Position numbers and translations under genes: made by a program. 15,741 nucleotides of DNA from Thermoplasmata archaeon (lineage in GTDB: Archaea; Thermoplasmatota; Thermoplasmata; Lutacidiplasmatales; UBA184). The stretch covers positions 61,799 to 77,539 of the forward strand of contig JAKAOF010000005.1 of assembly GCA_021823345.1 (NCBI GenBank), in the 5' to 3' direction. Shown here in pieces: positions 14,055 to 15,741 of this stretch (its first letter is position 1; each line of letters begins with the position of its first letter). The notes below the pieces were generated by a model that had not been told where the DNA came from, ran no database searches, and saw only the letters and a list, made by a program, of their open reading frames with translations.

Positions 14055-14077
14055 GTTGGTTCAATGAATGCCCCGCC

Positions 14078-15301
14078 GTGCCGCTCGTTTTCAAGGACAC
14101 CCTCACCCAACGACGTTCGGTCATCCCCGATGACGGAAGAGCCCAGGTCGAGCTCTATGTCTGCGGCCCCACGGTGTATGCTCCCGCCCACGCGGGCCAC
14201 CTGCGGACCTACCTCCTCTTCGACATCGTGAAGCGCTATCTCCGGGCCCAGGGCCGGAAGGTCCACCATGTCCAGAACATCACCGACTTCGAGGACAAGA
14301 TCACCAACCGGGCCAAGGTCGAGCGGATGAGCTGGGAGGATCTCTCCCGGCGGGAGACCCGCCGGTTCTATGACGTCATGGCCCAAGTCGGGATCATCCC
14401 CCCCGACGTCACCCCCCTTTCCAGCCAGTACGTGCGACCGATGATCGAGGTCATCCGGAAACTGGAACGCCGGGGGTACACCTATTCCCGAGGGAAGTCG
14501 GTCTACTTCGACACCTCGCGGGTGACGGAACAGAAGAACTTCTCCGCCGAGGACTTCTTGAGCGCCCATGCGGTCCCTGAACCGGGGCTCACGGCACTGC
14601 CGGAAGCGAACGATCCCCGCGACTTCGTCCTTTGGAAGCCCTCCTCCCGGCCTGCCCCGGAGTGGAGCTCGCCCTGGGGCCGAGGGATGCCGGGTTGGCA
14701 CATCGAGTGCTTCGTCATGGCCTCGGACAACATGCGCCTCCCGATGGACCTCCACGGAGGGGGTCTCGACCTCATCTTCCCCCACCACTACGCGGAGAAC
14801 CTGATCTCCCTCGCCATCACGGGGGAACTCATCTCGAACCACTTCCTCCACGGTGCGTTTGTCACCATGGATGCCCGCAAGATGGCCAAATCCACCGGGA
14901 ACCTGGTGGGGGTCGAGGAAACGCTGAAGGTGCTGTCCCCGGGAGCCCTCCGGTTCTACCTGCTCGGGAAGGGGTACGACGAACGGCTCGAGTTCTCCCA
15001 GTACGAGGCGCACCAAGCCGCGGAGGAATGGGCGCTGCTCTACGAGTCCTTGTCGGACCTCCTGCGGCCCGGCGGTTATGCGGGTTTCCCGACCGGTCGG
15101 ATCGAGACCGCGGTCTCCGAGATCTCCCACGTGATCGGGGACAACATCGGTACCCCCGAAGCCCTCACGATCCTCTGCGAGCTCGCCCGCGACGTGCGGC
15201 GCAGTGGGTACTCCCGGATCGCCCGGGGCGAAGCGACCCGGGCCCGTAAGGCCCTGCAAGGGATCGAAAGCCTGACCGGGCTCTCCTTCCAGCCAACGTA
15301 A
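14078..15301 (+). CDS. cysS: Cysteinyl-tRNA synthetase (class I), 407 aa, GTG start. It lacks the C-terminal ~60-aa extension seen in bacterial CysRS.
   Basis: (M)PLVFKDTLTQRRSVIP...LYVCGPTVYAPAHAGHLRTYLLFD carries HAGH, a variant of the HIGH motif. SPWGRGMPGWHIECFVMA is the CysRS zinc and cysteine-binding region. KMAKSTGN is a variant of KMSKS. DNIGTPEA corresponds to the conserved DDFNTP motif. The track's 636-aa ORF (13391-15301) is open upstream, but it has no start codon and no homology before 14078. Confidence 0.85.
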   Translation: MPLVFKDTLTQRRSVIPDDGRAQVELYVCGPTVYAPAHAGHLRTYLLFDIVKRYLRAQGRKVHHVQNITDFEDKITNRAKVERMSWEDLSRRETRRFYDVMAQVGIIPPDVTPLSSQYVRPMIEVIRKLERRGYTYSRGKSVYFDTSRVTEQKNFSAEDFLSAHAVPEPGLTALPEANDPRDFVLWKPSSRPAPEWSSPWGRGMPGWHIECFVMASDNMRLPMDLHGGGLDLIFPHHYAENLISLAITGELISNHFLHGAFVTMDARKMAKSTGNLVGVEETLKVLSPGALRFYLLGKGYDERLEFSQYEAHQAAEEWALLYESLSDLLRPGGYAGFPTGRIETAVSEISHVIGDNIGTPEALTILCELARDVRRSGYSRIARGEATRARKALQGIESLTGLSFQPT

Positions 15302-15361
15302 CGACCGGCCGAATAGGACCCCGGGCGGGATTTTCTGGCGGTCCCCTTTCACCCGGTCTCG

Positions 15362-15741
15362 TTACCGTTTCGTTGCGGGGGTCCGCGATCGGGGCGTAGG
15401 ACGGTGGAACCACTTGTCGAGATCATCACGGCGGAGGGTGACCATGATCGGGCGTCCGTGCGGGCACGTGAAATTGTTCTTCGTGACGTAGAGTTCGGCG
15501 AGGAGGCGTTCCATCTCGGGCAGGGACAGGATATCCCCGGCCCGGATCGCCAGGTGGCACGCCACCGTCTTGACCACCCGGTCGTGGAGCTCGGTACGGG
15601 CCTTGAGTCCCTCCCCCTGGTCGATCTCGTCGAGGACGCCCAGCAGTCGACGCGGGTCGGTCCGGTGGTGAAGGAGGCTGGGTACCCCGGAGACCCGGTA
15701 GGTGCGGCCCCCGAATGAAGCGATCCGGAAACCCATGGCGT
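15362..15741 (-). CDS. mutL: C-terminal 124 aa of DNA mismatch repair protein MutL, the endonuclease-type C-terminal dimerisation domain. The gene continues beyond the window end.
   Basis: ...GFRIASFGGRTYRVSGVPSLL...KTVACHLAIRAGDILSLPEMERLLAELYVTKNNFTCPHGRPIMVTLRRDDLDKWFHR contains ACH (an AC[RK]-type motif) and CPHGRP, both hallmarks of the MutL C-terminal domain. The frame is open to the window edge. Confidence 0.8.
   Translation of the reverse strand, partial: AMGFRIASFGGRTYRVSGVPSLLHHRTDPRRLLGVLDEIDQGEGLKARTELHDRVVKTVACHLAIRAGDILSLPEMERLLAELYVTKNNFTCPHGRPIMVTLRRDDLDKWFHRPTPRSRTPATKR

Noticed and set aside
14048-15352. 434-aa minus-strand ORF antisense to cysS
   Set aside because: It fully overlaps cysS (HIGH/KMSKS motifs, high confidence) and its composition is G/D/E/R/P-rich.
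1-15741. CRISPR arrays, IS elements or integrases, rRNA/tRNA genes
   Set aside because: I found no short direct-repeat/spacer periodicity, no transposase- or integrase-like ORFs, and no cloverleaf-forming or rRNA-like segments in any intergenic region. The only tandem repeat is the coding array inside the protease gene.

Overview
The window is GC-rich archaeal chromosome. Third codon positions in the real genes are almost all G or C. This makes long antisense and off-frame ORFs common in the supplied track, and many of those are artefacts. I can support eleven protein genes, two of them cut by the window edges.

In order:
- 1-236 (-): the N-terminus of a secreted or membrane protein with a signal peptide. 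The ORF track missed it.
- 556-3717 (+): a compact tricistron. Genes are secY (Sec61-alpha type, with an unusual N-terminal extension), a DUF106/YidC-Oxa1-like membrane protein with a polyacidic N-terminal tail, and archaeal-type CMP kinase.
- 4025-6199 (-): a large flotillin-like SPFH protein.
- 6510-7655 (+): a three-TM thioredoxin-fold protein (DUF929-like) with a CPFC motif.
- 7734-8435 (-): an uncharacterized protein with CxxC pairs at both ends. It lies divergent from cobQ with only about 40-55 nt between them.
- 8491-10065 (+): cobQ/cbiP.
- 10205-13849 (-): a roughly 1214-aa S53 (sedolisin) protease. It has a pro-kumamolisin-type prodomain, six tandem thermopsin-type beta-repeats, and a C-terminal TM anchor followed by a polyproline tail.
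- 14078-15301 (+): cysS, with a GTG start.
- 15362-15741 (-): the C-terminal end of an endonuclease-type mutL.

The first gene of each transcription unit has an AT-rich 7-10-mer centred about 25-33 nt upstream of its start codon. This fits archaeal TATA boxes and leaderless or near-leaderless mRNAs. Internal operon genes use a GGAG Shine-Dalgarno site or an ATGA overlap.

I found no tRNA, rRNA, CRISPR array or mobile element. The gene content (SecY/Sec61-type, DUF106, archaeal cmk, an acid-protease family with thermopsin-type repeats, no PGF-CTERM signal) points to a GC-rich archaeon. It may be related to the Thermoplasmatota, but I cannot assign it firmly from sequence alone.
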